Source: Octopus sinensis
Taxonomy: Eukaryota
Direction: 5' to 3'
NCBI RefSeq assembly: GCF_006345805.1
Contig: NW_021835074.1
Coordinates: 1-48,947, forward strand
DNA: 48,947 bases
Shown here: positions 25,221 through 37,529 of the stretch, piece after piece
Layout: each line of letters opens with the position of its first letter
Position numbering within the stretch: position 1 is the first letter of the stretch
Notes under the pieces: model-generated
What the model saw: the letters and a program-made list of their open reading frames with translations, nothing else
What the model was told of the DNA's origin: nothing
Databases searched by the model: none
Position numbers and translations under genes: made by a program

Positions 25221-27097
25221 TCACTTTCTCATTTTAAAAGTTTCGTTTTTTTCTTCTTCTTCTTTTGTATTGTTTTTGATGAGGTGTTTGTATAGTTTTT
25301 TCGACTGGTATCGTTGATACCCGCCTACCGCATTCGGAAATATTGTTTTTAGTATGTGGTGTTGTGCTTGTGTTATGTGTAAAATTCTGATGTGTTTCGG
25401 TGGTGTGGTGTGCGGATGATTGTTTGTCTTAAAGTCATCTTCACAGATGACCGTGTTGTATGTGATGTAGTCCATTAATTCTTTATTGTCTGTGTCTATT
25501 GCAGTTAGTTGTGTGTGTGGTTTTACGGGTTCATTACTTATTTGATTGTCTAGGGGGATGTTGTCCTGAGTTAGATGTCTCCCTGCTTTACTTCCTTGTT
25601 TGGTGGATTTTTTGGATCTTTTCCTTTTACCCCCTGTGGCTATTTGCCATTCCGTCGAACTTTCGTCGTCCGACGTATCAGTAGAAGGTAGAGGCAAAGC
25701 ATTTGCATTACTATGTATGCTTGTATAAATTGTTGATGTTTTGTGCGGTGTTTGTGTTGTTGTGGTGTTAGGGGTAGCATTTGTCTTCTCGTCAGTGTTT
25801 TCTGTCTTTTTAATTGTTGTCCTGGGTGTGGGTGTGGGTCTATTTTTTGTTGATTCAACATGTTTAATTGGCTGTGACGTCAACGGTGATTGTGTTGGTA
25901 CTGTTTCTTTTCTTGGTGATGTTGGGGTTTGTTTGCTGGTTTGTTGTTTTTCTTGGCATTGTTCCATAATTGAGTGTGTTGGTGTTGGTGTTGGCAACAA
26001 GGGTTTTTATTTGTTTTCTGATTTGTTCTTTCTTGTTTTTTCTGTACCAGAGCGCACTTGGCAATTAAATGTTCGGGGCTGCCACATTTGTAGCATCTAG
26101 GCTTTTTGCCTTCTGCCACAACATATAGGCATTGTCCATTCTCCAAGTGGATCTTATCCGGTAGGCTCTCGAAAGAGGCCCCCTCAATCTGGATGGTCAC
26201 CACTATTGTCTTCCCACCCCAAATGTCGCCAGGGTACACGGCGGTCTCCAAAATATTAATATTTTTTAAATGGTAACAGATTGCCCCTGTTATCCATTTG
26301 TTAGGAAGCTCGGGAGGTACATTTTTAATTGTGATTCGACTCACTCTCTGGTTTTTGTAGTATGGGACCATGATGATTTCATCATTTCCCAGAGACTCAG
26401 TAGAGTGAGCTTTTGCCACTTCCTGGTTAGGGAAGCGAACCACTACTGTGTTAAACTGGGGACCCCAGTTTATATACTCTTTTTCTTTCATTATGTTTTT
26501 TAAACATTTTTCCACATCAGTTTTTGTAATCTGTTCATTTAGTTTTTTGATTTTTCTAATAATTTTATATACGGTTGTCTTATTTTCTATTTCTTGCTTT
26601 ATGTGTTGAGGTGTATGCAGCACTAAATCTTGTCCACGGGTTGTAAAGAGAGCTCTTGTTTCTATGAGCTCTTCATTTGTGAATGTTACTATTTCCTTCT
26701 TCTGGCGAAGAGTGTCCGCGAAATTTACTGTTGTTGATTTTTTTGTATTAACATCTTCACTATTAGATAGTTCATTTTTATTGTTGTTCTTGTTGTTGCT
26801 GTTGTTTTTGTCAATAGTTTTCGTGCGAGTTTTATTTTTAGCATTTATGTTGGTCGTGGTAGTGGTGGTGGTGGTGGTGAAGGTGGTAGTGGTAGCAGTA
26901 GTAGTCTCGTGGTTGCTGTTGTTAGTGGTGGTGGTAGCGGTGGTGACAGGGCTGTTACTGCACGTGGTTGCAGCGTTCATATTCATATTTGCACTTTCCG
27001 TGCGTACGTTCTTTTTTTTCTCTATCGTTTCCAGACTAGGAAAATGTTGTTCCATAAAAGAACGCGACCAGCGTTCTACAATAAAATTTCTAGACAT
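25221..27097 (-). pseudogene. LINE ORF1 (gag-like nucleic-acid-binding protein), probable frameshift near 26000
   Basis: 405-aa frame with CYKCGSPEHLIAKC (CX2CX4HX4C). The overlapping 259-aa frame supplies a Thr/Pro-rich C-terminus with EWQIATGGKRKR and ends 57 bp before ORF2. Confidence 0.85.
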
Positions 27098-27312
27098 TTT
27101 CTAATGTCGAGAAGAAAATTACAGAAATGAAATGGGGTTGAAACTGCCCCTAGGGGCGAATTCCTCCCTTGGAAAAGCACTCAAACGAAAGTTTGTTGCC
27201 TTACACACCTTATTTGCAAAAATGTACACAAAAATTGGGCTACAAATAGTCAAAATAAACGATTACCTTCGGAGCCGAACTGACATCACGTCCGTCGATA
27301 GATAGATAGATA

Positions 27313-28550
27313 TATATGTTTCTTTATTAGCCACACAGGGCTGCACACAGATAGAACAAATTACAAGGTAGAGCTTTTCTTTTGGGGGTAAAAAAAAGGG
27401 GGGGTTCGATCAAAAGGGATCGTAAAAGGAAAGAAAGAGGACAAAAAAGGGGGGGAAAGGAAAAAAATTGATCAATAGGGATCGTTATCGCAGAAATGTC
27501 AATATGAAGTGTAAAGGGGAGGACAGGTGAGGTTTACCCGTGGAAAGAAAAGCCTACGGAAAAGACCACGGTAACCTCGGTCAATGAAGTCACATGTTAT
27601 ATTTCTTTTTTTTTTTTGCAAATAAGCAACTCTCTGTATTAAATTTTACGGTTCATAGAATCATAGTCAAGGTGGCTTCGTCGTTCATACGTGCCATCCT
27701 TGCTACATTCACCCATATTTTTTTTAAAACATTCACTAGACAAAACTTGCCTCTATACTCTCACTTTCCTCTTCAAGTGATACTTGAAGAAGTTGATGAG
27801 AGATTGACCAGAGAGGAAAAAGTTTGTCTCTAATCCTTTCAGGCGCGTCCACCAGATACATTCTTTCGCCATAGCCACAAGTATGATAAAAATAGCTCTT
27901 CCTTCCCGTTTGAAGGAAGGAGGCGTGACGATATTAACGATAGACTCGGCTGATAAACCGACACGTCCCACACGTGACAGCAGTCGTTCGACGTAAGCCC
28001 ACAGGTCGGAAATTGCTGGACACTGCACGATTGCGTGCAGAGCGGTTTCGTCGCTCTGCCCGCATCTCGGGCAGGTCGGCCCCTGTTTCTCGAGCCATGC
28101 CTATAGAGCTTATCCGAACGGGTAGCGCTTCTCGGTAGCACCGCCAGGCCGGCGATCTCTGGAAGTTGTCATAGGTCACGGGTCGAAAGTCGTTTGAAAC
28201 AAGCGGGTCAGGTACTCCTCGTCGCGCGCCAGGTTGTGTCCGAGATCGTCGGTCGTACCTCCCCTCCACTAATTAGAGAATGCTTTGGTTGTGTTGAAGT
28301 CACTCAAGGTCGACCCGGGACGGCAGAGTTGCTTGAGAGCAACGCGACACTCACGGTGCCATTCGCCCTTCCTCGGCCTCTTTTTGACCCACGACTGCAG
28401 TTCGGTCATGGAGACGAGTTGCGGGAATACGTGTCTCACAAACGGCGACCACACCTGTTCACCGTCGTCTACATAGAGCCAGAGATGTCGCAGTCTCAGC
28501 GCGTGTCTGCGCATCATCAACCACGGCATGCTCAGCCCTCCTTTCAACGG
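27313..28550 (-). mobile_element. 5'-truncated Tx1-like LINE, second subfamily, in tandem with the full-length copy
   Basis: PLKGGLSMPWLMMRRHALRLRHL...GQSLINFFKYHLKRKVRV is homologous to the ORF2 C-terminus above; the 3' UTR differs. GATA repeats on both sides. Confidence 0.92.

Positions 28551-28627
<77 letters not shown>
28551..28627. repeat. Pure (GATA)n microsatellite at the 5' truncation point of the Tx1 copy
   Basis: Direct reading. Confidence 0.97.
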
Positions 28628-28861
28628 GCATTCGTTGGGAGCAATGGACACGTTATGCGATTAAAACATACTTAATTCAAATACATAAAGAGAAGGCCAA
28701 ACTGAATGTGGTATTCGCCCAGAGATAATATTTCTTATGGACGTAGATTGTTAAAAACGCAACTATATCAGTAGCAAACGAAAATCATCCAGCAGCGATG
28801 GAGGGAATGCGAGATGCTCATTCCTGCCTTCATATATATGTGTATGTGTGTGTGTGTGCGT

Positions 28862-29052
28862 GCAGCAGAAAGTAATAGCGAACTTCTGCTGACTCTTTTG
28901 CCACAAATTTCTCTCACTCTTTCCTCCTGCATCTTGCAGCTCACCTGCGACGGACTGGAGTCCCGTCCAGGTGGGGAATCTATATGCCAAGGAAACCGGG
29001 AAACCGGCCCTTATGAGCCAGGCATGGCTCGAGAAGGAACAAACAAAACAAA
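28862..29052 (+). mobile_element. 3' part of a third SINE-like repeat
   Basis: CTGCGACGGACTGGAGTCCCGTCCAGG resembles central SINE domains from recall; ends CTCGAGAAGGAACAAACAAAACAAA. Single copy here. Confidence 0.4.
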
Positions 29053-29059
29053 AATTCAC

Positions 29060-29295
29060 AGTAACCATTGGAGAATGAGGTATCCGTACCTGCAATAAAT
29101 GAATCGTGCAGGAAAAAGGCAACTAACCCCCATTCTTCTGCCGATTCGGTCCACTCGAATGGTGGTAAAATTTTTTTCACTTTCACTTCAGCTTCCAGGT
29201 GAGAGTTATCAAGATGAGTCTCAGTAAGGACGAAGAAAGGAATGTGCTGTAGGTGGTCGGTAACCCAATCTTCAATGAATTTAATTTTCCATTGT
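29060..29295 (-). pseudogene. Fragment of a LINE APE endonuclease N-terminus (CR1/L2-like group)
   Basis: FFVLTETHLDNSHLEAEV followed, across frameshifts, by RVDRIGRR..G and VAFFLHDSF, as in APE motif order. Confidence 0.6.
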
Positions 29296-29305
29296 TTTAC
29301 CTTGC

Positions 29306-29332
29306 ACACACACACACACACACACATTACAG

Positions 29333-29368
<36 letters not shown>

Positions 29369-29476
29369 ATATATGGGTTCTCTATTATTTTACTTGAGAT
29401 ATCTGCTAGTCTATCTATCTATCTATCTATCTTTCTATCAATCAATCTATCTATCCATCTATCTATCTATCTATCA

Positions 29477-29532
<56 letters not shown>

Positions 29533-29560
29533 GTCTGTCTGTCTATCTATCTATCTATCA

Positions 29561-29592
<32 letters not shown>

Positions 29593-29611
29593 GTCTGTCT
29601 GTCTGTTTGTG

Positions 29612-29646
<35 letters not shown>

Positions 29647-29695
29647 CTATCTATCTTTCTATCAATCAATCTATCTATCCATCTATCTATCTATC

Positions 29696-29751
<56 letters not shown>

Positions 29752-29779
29752 GTCTGTCTGTCTATCTATCTATCTATCA

Positions 29780-29811
<32 letters not shown>

Positions 29812-29828
29812 GTCTGTCTGTCTGTTTG

Positions 29829-29895
<67 letters not shown>

Positions 29896-29896
29896 A

Positions 29897-29959
<63 letters not shown>

Positions 29960-30030
29960 TTATTTATTTATTTATTTATCAATCCATCACTCTATATTAT
30001 ATATATATATATACACACACACGTATGTAT
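29306..30030. repeat. (CA)n/(TG)n, long (TCTA)n/(TCTG)n array, (TA)n
   Basis: Direct reading; the TCTA array has internal block duplications. Confidence 0.95.
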
Positions 30031-30246
30031 GTATAATTGACAATATTAAATGTGATAAACAGCGGTAATTTCTCATTAATCTTCATTATGTGGTGTCAAG
30101 AAAATCGATGGTCCGCTGTCGTTTTTCTATTCAACAGATAGGATTTCTATGAACACTAATTTGTTTTTGTTTCTCCATTCATTATTGATAAAACCCAAAT
30201 TTGATGTAAGAAATGAGTAGCAATTTTATAGTATTTATACGTTAAA

Positions 30247-30680
30247 GGCGGCGAGCTGGCAGAAACGTTAGCACGCCGGGCGAAATGCTTAGCGGTATTT
30301 CGTCTGCCGCTACGTTCTGAGTTCAAATTCCGCTCTGTAGACTTTACCTTTCATCCTTTCGGGGTCGATAAAATAAGTACCAGTTACGCACTGGGGTCGA
30401 TGTAATCGACTTAATCCCTTTATCTGTCCTTGTTTGTCCTCTCTATGTTTAGCCCCTTGTGGGTAGTAAAAAAATAAGAAATGTTAGCACGCCGGGCGAA
30501 ATGCTTAGCGGGATTTCGTCTGTTTTTACGTTCTGACATCAAATTCTGCCGAAGTCGACATTGCCTTTCATCCTTTCGAGGTCGATAAATTAAGTACCAG
30601 TTGCGTACTAGGGTCGATCTAATCGACTGACCCCCTCCCCAAAAAATTTCGGGCCTTGTGCCTAGAGTAAAAAAGAATTA
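30247..30680 (+). mobile_element. Two adjacent SINE family B copies with different 3' tails
   Basis: First copy is full length, GGCGGCGAGCTGGCAGAAACG to ...GGGTAGTAAAAAAATA. Second starts at 30478 and ends ...GGGCCTTGTGCCTAGAGTAAAAAAG. Confidence 0.88.
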
Positions 30681-30974
30681 TACATATACTTCTTGTTATT
30701 TGTTGTTTTTATATTTTATATTCAGTAATGAAATAATTTTGAATACATTAGTAAGGGAAATATTTAGATTGTAGTCTTTCCATTCCCGTCTATTGTCTTG
30801 TGAGTTGATTTGGTAGACGGATACCGAAAAAGCTCGTCATATATATGTGTGTGCGCGCGCGCGTGTGTGTGTGTCGATGTGAGTCTGCGGCCATGCTGCA
30901 GCACTACCATGACGAATTTGTAGTCAAATGAATTGAACTCAATATTTATATTTGCTTGTATATATGTATAAAAT

Positions 30975-31120
30975 GTGTACACGACGGGCTTCTTTCAGGT
31001 TCCCTCTACCAGATCCACTCACAAGGCTTTAGTCGGCCGAAATTATAGTACAAGATACTTGCGCAAGGTGCCACACAGTGGGACAGAACCAGGAAATATG
31101 TGGTGGGGAAGCAAACTCCT
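30975..31120 (-). mobile_element. SINE family A 5' half
   Basis: Reverse complement of head and CORE-like part of 11349 copy. Confidence 0.8.
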
Positions 31121-31356
31121 ATATATATGTTTCTTTATTGCCCATAGGGAGCTAAACATAGAGAGGACAAACAAATGGATTAAGTCGATTACATCGACCC
31201 TAATGCATAACTGGTACTTATTTAATCGACCCTAAAAGGTAAAGTCGACCTCGGTGAAATTTGAACTCAGAACGTATCGGCAGACGAAATACCTATTTCT
31301 TTACGACCCACAAGGGGCAAAACACAGAGGAGACAAACAAGGATAGACAAACGGAT
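31121..31356 (-). mobile_element. Headless SINE family B dimer
   Basis: Tail fragment joined to a body at AAAGAAATA|GGTATTTCG (31293/31294). Confidence 0.82.
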
Positions 31357-31429
31357 GATATATATATATTTTTTTAAATGTATATCTATCAAAGTAATTG
31401 TTTTTCTGCATATAAATTTCTCTTGCTCC

Positions 31430-31665
31430 ATTATAAACAAAGCTGTCCAACGAACGGGAACGTGAAACTTTGAGTAACAGTTTTTGTGATATTTTTGCTG
31501 CTTTTTAATAAAGTATATATATTCTCTCTTAGTTTATGTCCTCGTGTTCCTTTCTTTTGAAGAGGGTATGCTCGAAACGTAAAAGACTTTCTCACCTTCC
31601 CGAGCGTCAAACTAACAAAATAATACACCTGCTTATTTATACACCTGTCTTTTGTTTCTCTGTAA

Positions 31666-31670
<5 letters not shown>
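31430..31670 (+). mobile_element. Penelope-like terminal repeat fragment with degenerate hammerhead-like motif
   Basis: Homologous to 47150-47310. CTTT-CTTTTGA-AGAG..CTC-GAAAC-GTA-AAAG. Penelope assignment is inference. Confidence 0.4.
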
Positions 31671-31702
<32 letters not shown>

Positions 31703-31735
31703 CACATACACACACATATATATCTATATATATAT

Positions 31736-31820
<85 letters not shown>

Positions 31821-31840
31821 TAGTTATAGATATATATACA
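31669..31840. repeat. (TA)n-(GATA)n microsatellite
   Basis: Direct reading. Confidence 0.95.
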
Positions 31841-32216
31841 TACTAGCAGTATCGCCCGGCGTTGCTCGGGTTTGTAAGGGAAATAACTATATAAGCATTT
31901 TTAGATATGTAAAGTATAATAGCCATCTCAATATGGCTAACGTAGCTTTTTACATTCTGAGATTTAATAATAATTTTTTAGAGAGTTACTTCCCTTATAT
32001 ATGCCAAAAATACATTAAAATGGGAAAAAATGATGGTAATTTTTTTTAAATCGTAGACTCATCGTAGACGCGCGCTAATACCCAGAAGGGCTCGATATGA
32101 ATCACGACTATAAGATACCCGGTTTTGGTTAAACTGCACCGCAAAATGTGGGAGTAGTTAGGAATCTAAATCGTAGGAGACAGACAGCACACAACCTCAC
32201 TTTTATATATAAAGAT
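31841..32216 (+). mobile_element. Non-autonomous Helitron-like element (Lep1-type termini)
   Basis: Starts TACTAGCAGTATCGCCCGGCGTTGCTCGGG, ends TTTTATATATAAAGAT, no TIR or TSD. Two more copies at 45302 and 45982. Confidence 0.7.
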
Positions 32217-32511
32217 ATATATATTTCGGCCACCGGTCATTTCCCTAATTTGGTCAACACATAAGACAGCTATTATGCTTCCTCCCCACAAAAAACCACC
32301 ACGTGGATTCTGTTGAGACTAGTAAGAAACAATTATGAACTTTTTTATTACACTTAACTTTTTAAAATATTTTCGATAAGGTTCGTTTTTTCAAGAAGAA
32401 CCGAAACATGTAGAATTTCTAAGAAAATTAAAATATATCTTATATAGTGGCGTTTTCAAACTTCTTTTTTATAAATATATACCCACTCGTATACGGCCTA
32501 CACTTATTATA

Positions 32512-32514
<3 letters not shown>

Positions 32515-32558
<44 letters not shown>

Positions 32559-32692
32559 CATGAAGTTAAATATATGTCCAGTTTCGCATCCATAGAGCGC
32601 TTAACTTTATAGACGATTCGTCAGACAGCAATTAATAGCTATGGGCATATAACCTCTCTTGAAACTGGATGTAAATACATCATTGTTCTAAC

Positions 32693-32728
<36 letters not shown>

Positions 32729-33029
32729 CAGGAAGTCTGTAATGCCGCCTCTTGCTTTAAGTGTATGATTCTTTTAGTGTCAAGGAAATTAGCTTCAGAC
32801 ATCTGTATATTTTTATTCGTATTTAGAGATACGTACACACATATATATATACATATAAGGACAAAGCCAGACACATTCACACATATAAACACACCGACAA
32901 ACGCATATACACACAAAAACACATATCCATATAAGTGCTTATATACAGGCACATACATAGACATATATGTATATATATACAAATATATGTGTGTATGTAT
33001 ATATGTATATATATATATGTATATATGTA

Positions 33030-33110
<81 letters not shown>

Positions 33111-33262
33111 TGTACATAGACATATATATATATATACATATATACATACACACATATATTGTATATATATACATATAATATATATATACATACATATATG
33201 TATATATTATATATAATATACATATATATTACATATAATATACATATTCATATATATATATT

Positions 33263-33293
<31 letters not shown>

Positions 33294-33329
33294 TACATAT
33301 GATATACATATATATTATATAATATACAT

Positions 33330-33366
<37 letters not shown>

Positions 33367-33395
33367 AGTATACATAGATATATATATATATACAT

Positions 33396-33426
<31 letters not shown>

Positions 33427-33460
33427 ATATCATACAATGCACACACACATATACGTTTGT
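32515..33460. repeat. TA-rich degenerate microsatellite field
   Basis: Direct reading. Confidence 0.92.
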
Positions 33461-34357
33461 GTTTGTGTACGCGTGTACATGCGTGTTTAGTGTGTTTAGT
33501 GTGTAAAACGTTGCGGTATACACCTTTGTGAAGGCCAAACTGACAAACGTGAATTTATGTCTAATAAGATTGTCACCGCGGAAACCGGATTTAGCCCAGA
33601 AGCGTATGTAACAGTCAAAAGATGAACGTGTCATTACGTTACGTTTTAGGAGTTGTTGTTGTTGGAGTACCTGCTGTTGTTGTAGTTGTTGTTGTCGTTG
33701 TCGCTGTCGTTGTTGTTGTTATTTCTGTTGTTGTGGCTGAGATTGTTGATGTTTTCTGAAAAGTGCCAATGAATAAACGTTACTGTAGGCCATACGTTGT
33801 CTTTAAATGTGTTAAACACCAGCAATTCAAAAGTATTTCTGCTCTTTTATTCTTTGTTCTAATTTTATTTTGTTGCCAATTTTCTATTAGTAAATTCTAC
33901 CTTCCCATTTTTTTTTCAGGTGTGTAGAACATATTAGGAAGTGGATGATGGAGATTGTGAAGCTACAACCTCTGCTTCGAATGACACGATTGGGCGCAGC
34001 TGTTTTGGCGCTGGAGGCTTGGCGGGGCTGAGTGGACATCTCGACCTCTTTTGGTACTGGAAGAAAATATATCACACACGTGAGCGCGCGCGCATATACG
34101 CACACTCAGTCAGTTATGCCTCCAGATATACGCGCGGACGCATGCAGACACGTTTGCGTAGAAATATAGATATCAGATAGAAAGAGGGACCGAGAGAGAA
34201 AGAAAGAGAGAAATAGTGAGAGAGAGAAACAATACAATTTATTAATTGAATACGTTTCACATAAACACTTTCCTTTCTAGACGCATAAAAAAATAATGTC
34301 CACACTCAAACACACACACATATACACACGGGCGTGCGCACGCACGCACACACAAAT

Positions 34358-34630
34358 AAAGGAGAGAACGAGATAAATGTTAAAATATGTCTGATGTCAA
34401 ATAAGTCAGCGTCGAATCAGTGACGCCAAATAGGCGGCGCCAAAGTAGCCGTGCCATAAAAGTTCATACCCACTTCTGCCATGTGCTACCACATACACAA
34501 AGGAGAGAACGAGATAAAGATTAAAGCATGTATGATGTCAAATAAGTCAGCGTCGAATCAGTGACGCCAAATAGGCGGCGCCAAAGCAACTGTGCCAGAA
34601 AATTTCAAACCTACTTCTGCCATCTGCTAT
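34358..34630. repeat. Tandem duplication, period ~141 bp
   Basis: AAAGGAGAGAACGAGATAAA at 34358 and 34499; shared core GATGTCAAATAAGTCAGCGTCGAATCAGTGACGCCAAATAGGCGGCGCCAAAG. Confidence 0.9.
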
Positions 34631-34986
34631 AAAAATTACTCTATGTGTATAACATTTCAGTTCCAGAGTCTTTCGACGATTTTGTTTTTCTTTTCTTTGT
34701 CGTCATAAAATATTACTGCAAAATATGAAATTTGAGTAGATTGGTGAAAGATACTCTAGTCATTAAGTGAAGGAAGTCTTGACACTTTGGATTACAGACT
34801 CTGTGAGTGTTGAGAAATGCTGTGGTCAATTAATAGTAGGCGAAAGACGTGAGTGAACGTAATATTTCATCGTGACAGTAGTGGATACGTATGTAGCGGG
34901 CTGACGAAGCAAAAGACGTCGCTGAGGCAGCAGATGAAAGAGGCATGTGAACGACATCAAAGTAAAACAATTGGAATGCATGGGAT

Positions 34987-35811
34987 TGTGGTTTAAATAA
35001 TTTATTTAATCGATACTTGCATTTACGTGTTGTATACACCAGAAAATTCGCTACATGGCGTTACCAACTTGCTTCGAGTTTGGCGAAGTAGGAAATAAAC
35101 AGGGGAAATACAGTGTCGATGTGCTGAGGTTGAACCGGGCATGTTTGTGTGTGCGTTGGTCATTCGGTCGTGTTTGTTTATGGGATCTTTTCGGTTTGAA
35201 CGGCAGTTTTTAACGTAATTTCTAGGTAACTAAAAAATTTTAAACTTCGCATACTGGTAGAATGTGTTTATAAAACATCTTTTTCTCTTGGCTTTATTTA
35301 GAAAATTTGATAGTTTGTAAGATATTTGTTGCTTTTTCTTCAATTTCTGCAATTTCAACCAATCACTGACGTCTGTTGAGGTAAAAAAAACATTCTGTAC
35401 CGTATGAATATGTCCCTCGTTTAAGAAACAGATTGGGTTTATTTACCTTTGTGAAGAAAAAAAGATACCCTTTCCCCACCCCTAACTCTAACCCTAAAAC
35501 AGATTGAAATGCAATAGATCGATACTAGAGTCATAATTATGAGTGACAATTTCATATGACACCGCTAGAAAAAACTGCCGTTCAAACCGAAAAGATCCAG
35601 TTTATGTTCTGTGACTGCTACTGAATATACGATTCTGTGTTGGCTGCTTGACTGCCGCAAGTTAACTGCTGACTGTCTGCTTGTCTCTTGATCTTTCGCC
35701 TGATGATGGCTATCCCCAGTCTCTTGACGTTTTGCCAGTTGATGGCTATCTCCCTGTCTGTCTAACTATATTTATAATGGTCACGACAGCTAGAAGGACA
35801 ATCATACCACA
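34987..35811 (-). mobile_element. Probable solo LTR (~400 bp) interrupted by a MITE
   Basis: Ends TGTGGT...ACCACA (6-bp inverted, TG/CA). Flanks GGAT/GGAG give a 3/4 match for a 4-bp TSD. Minus strand has TATAAATA near the 5' end and AATAAA near the 3' end. Confidence 0.5.
35183..35598. mobile_element. MITE family 1 copy
   Basis: Same TIRs; 8-bp flanks TGTTTATG / AGTTTATG (7/8 TSD). Confidence 0.9.
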
Positions 35812-36060
35812 GGAGTAATTTCTACCTATGTATGTCGCCTCCTGTCCATTTGAACCTTAAATAACACAGCTCAGGTCGTAGGTCGAAGGGAAATTCATCC
35901 ATCATTTTTTGACAGGACAAAGAAATTTCTTTTGCGCCTGTTTCGGTTTCGAATCTCAGCTCGGAAAAAAGAAGTATTAGTTTTTACACATACATACATA
36001 CATACATACATACATGTATACATAGATGCATACCCACCCATACATTCACAGAAATACATA

Positions 36061-36495
36061 CCGTAAATACTCGAGTATAATCCGCACTTTTTTCCCAAAA
36101 TGTAAAGGTCAAAATCCCTAGTGCGTAGTATATACGAGGTTAAAAATGAAAAATATTTTCTAAGCAATGTCCGAGTCTCTATTTGCTGTCCGGCAATATT
36201 TATTCAGACGCATTTTGTATCGGGTGCGAAAATACCTTAAGCTAAGCCTGAAAGCAATGAAGTCCTAAAAGAATCATCCATAACTTGCAGTAAGCAACAT
36301 TTATTAAAATAAAAGTATTTAGAACACGGAATAACATGTAACAAAAACAATTTGCAAACATATTTACATTCCCATATAACAGTTAAAAACATCACCATTA
36401 TTGTATTACGCATGCGCCGAAGTGTTTGTTCGACTAGGTGCTGCTGGCTTAATTATGCACGACTCAAGTTAGAGAAGGGGTGCGTATTATACACA
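36061..36495 (+). mobile_element. Tc2/pogo-like non-autonomous DNA transposon fragment
   Basis: TA|CCGTAAATACTCGAGTATAATCCGCAC is a Tc2-type terminus. Only a partial inverted match (GGGGTGCGTATTATAC) near 36477. Confidence 0.5.
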
Positions 36496-37140
36496 AGGTT
36501 TGGGTTTTTCAGAGGTACAGCCCCCTTTGGAACAATCCAAAAAGTTGTTTAACTCAATATTTACACGCTTTTATTTATAGCTTTATTTACTTCAAGATCA
36601 ACCGCTAAAATAAAAAACAAATTATTTCACGTCTCCCGAAGTTTCTAAATTTTCATGACACGAAACAAAATAAGAAAATAGGTTAGTGGTGGGTGGGGGT
36701 GGTTCTGTTTTCACAATAATACAATCTACTTAATTGAAACAGACCTTCACAAACTATTTTAGTCTAATTTTATTTATTTTCATTTCTGCTAAGACCACAT
36801 TTTTGCTTTTTTTTAACGTCTAGATTAGTCAGATTTTAAACTGTTCTGTATTGACTCAACGAACAATTGTTTCTTATGTTATAGTCTATCCCATCCTGTT
36901 ACTGTTGGCGGTGGTGGCAGCAGTGATGCCGGTAGGGATGGTAGTAGTGGGAGGAAGAGGTGTTGACGTCCGTCGAGTTTCATTTTGATTCAAGCAATCT
37001 AATTGTTTTGTTTCTTTTTTCCTTTTATTAATTTACGATAATGAGATTTGAATCTTTAATGTAATCATATTTGACATGTTTGCATTTTTTTTTTGTTTCT
37101 ATATATTTTCTTTATATCAGTGATGCTTTTTTTATACTCT

Positions 37141-37518
37141 TTACTCTTTTACTTGTTTCGGTCATTTGACTGCGGCCATGCTGGAGCACCGCCTTTAGTC
37201 GAGCGAATCGACCCCCAGGACTTATTCTTTGTAAGCCTAGTACTTATTCTATCGGTCTCCTTTGCCGAACCGCTAAGTTACGGGGACGTAAACACACCAG
37301 CATCGGCTGTGAAGTGATGTGGGGGTGCAACACAGACACACAAACGCACACATATATACATATACATATATACGACGGGCTTCTTACAGTTTCCGTGTAC
37401 CGAATCCACTCACAAGGCTTTGGTCGGCCCGAGGCTATAGTAGAAGACACTTGCCCAAAGTGCCACGCAGTGGGACTGAACCCGGAACCATATGGTTGGT
37501 AAGCAAGCTACTTACCAT
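37141..37518 (-). mobile_element. SINE family A copy
   Basis: Reverse complement colinear with 11349-11760; extreme 5' end missing. Confidence 0.88.
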
Positions 37519-37529
37519 TTCCTACGTTG

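Larger units (their letters stand above)
21491..27296 (-). mobile_element. Full-length (~5.8 kb) Tx1/L1-clade LINE, frameshifted in this sequence
   Basis: 5' UTR, ORF1 with CCHC knuckle, ORF2 with APE + RT + C-terminal Cys motif, 3' UTR with AATAAA. GATA repeats at both ends. Confidence 0.93.

Noticed and set aside
29253-30040. ORFs of [20 protein letters not shown] type here and at 20-21, 32-33, 40-45 kb
   Set aside because: Translations of microsatellites.
33670-33770. Possible minus-strand Thr-rich (mucin-like) exon with TTTTCAG acceptor
   Set aside because: Degenerate (CAA)n repeat, weak donor, and no partner exons identifiable.
33920-34180. Plus-strand acceptor TTTTTTTCAG and a 79-aa ORF
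   Set aside because: No recognisable domain; frames from the acceptor close quickly.
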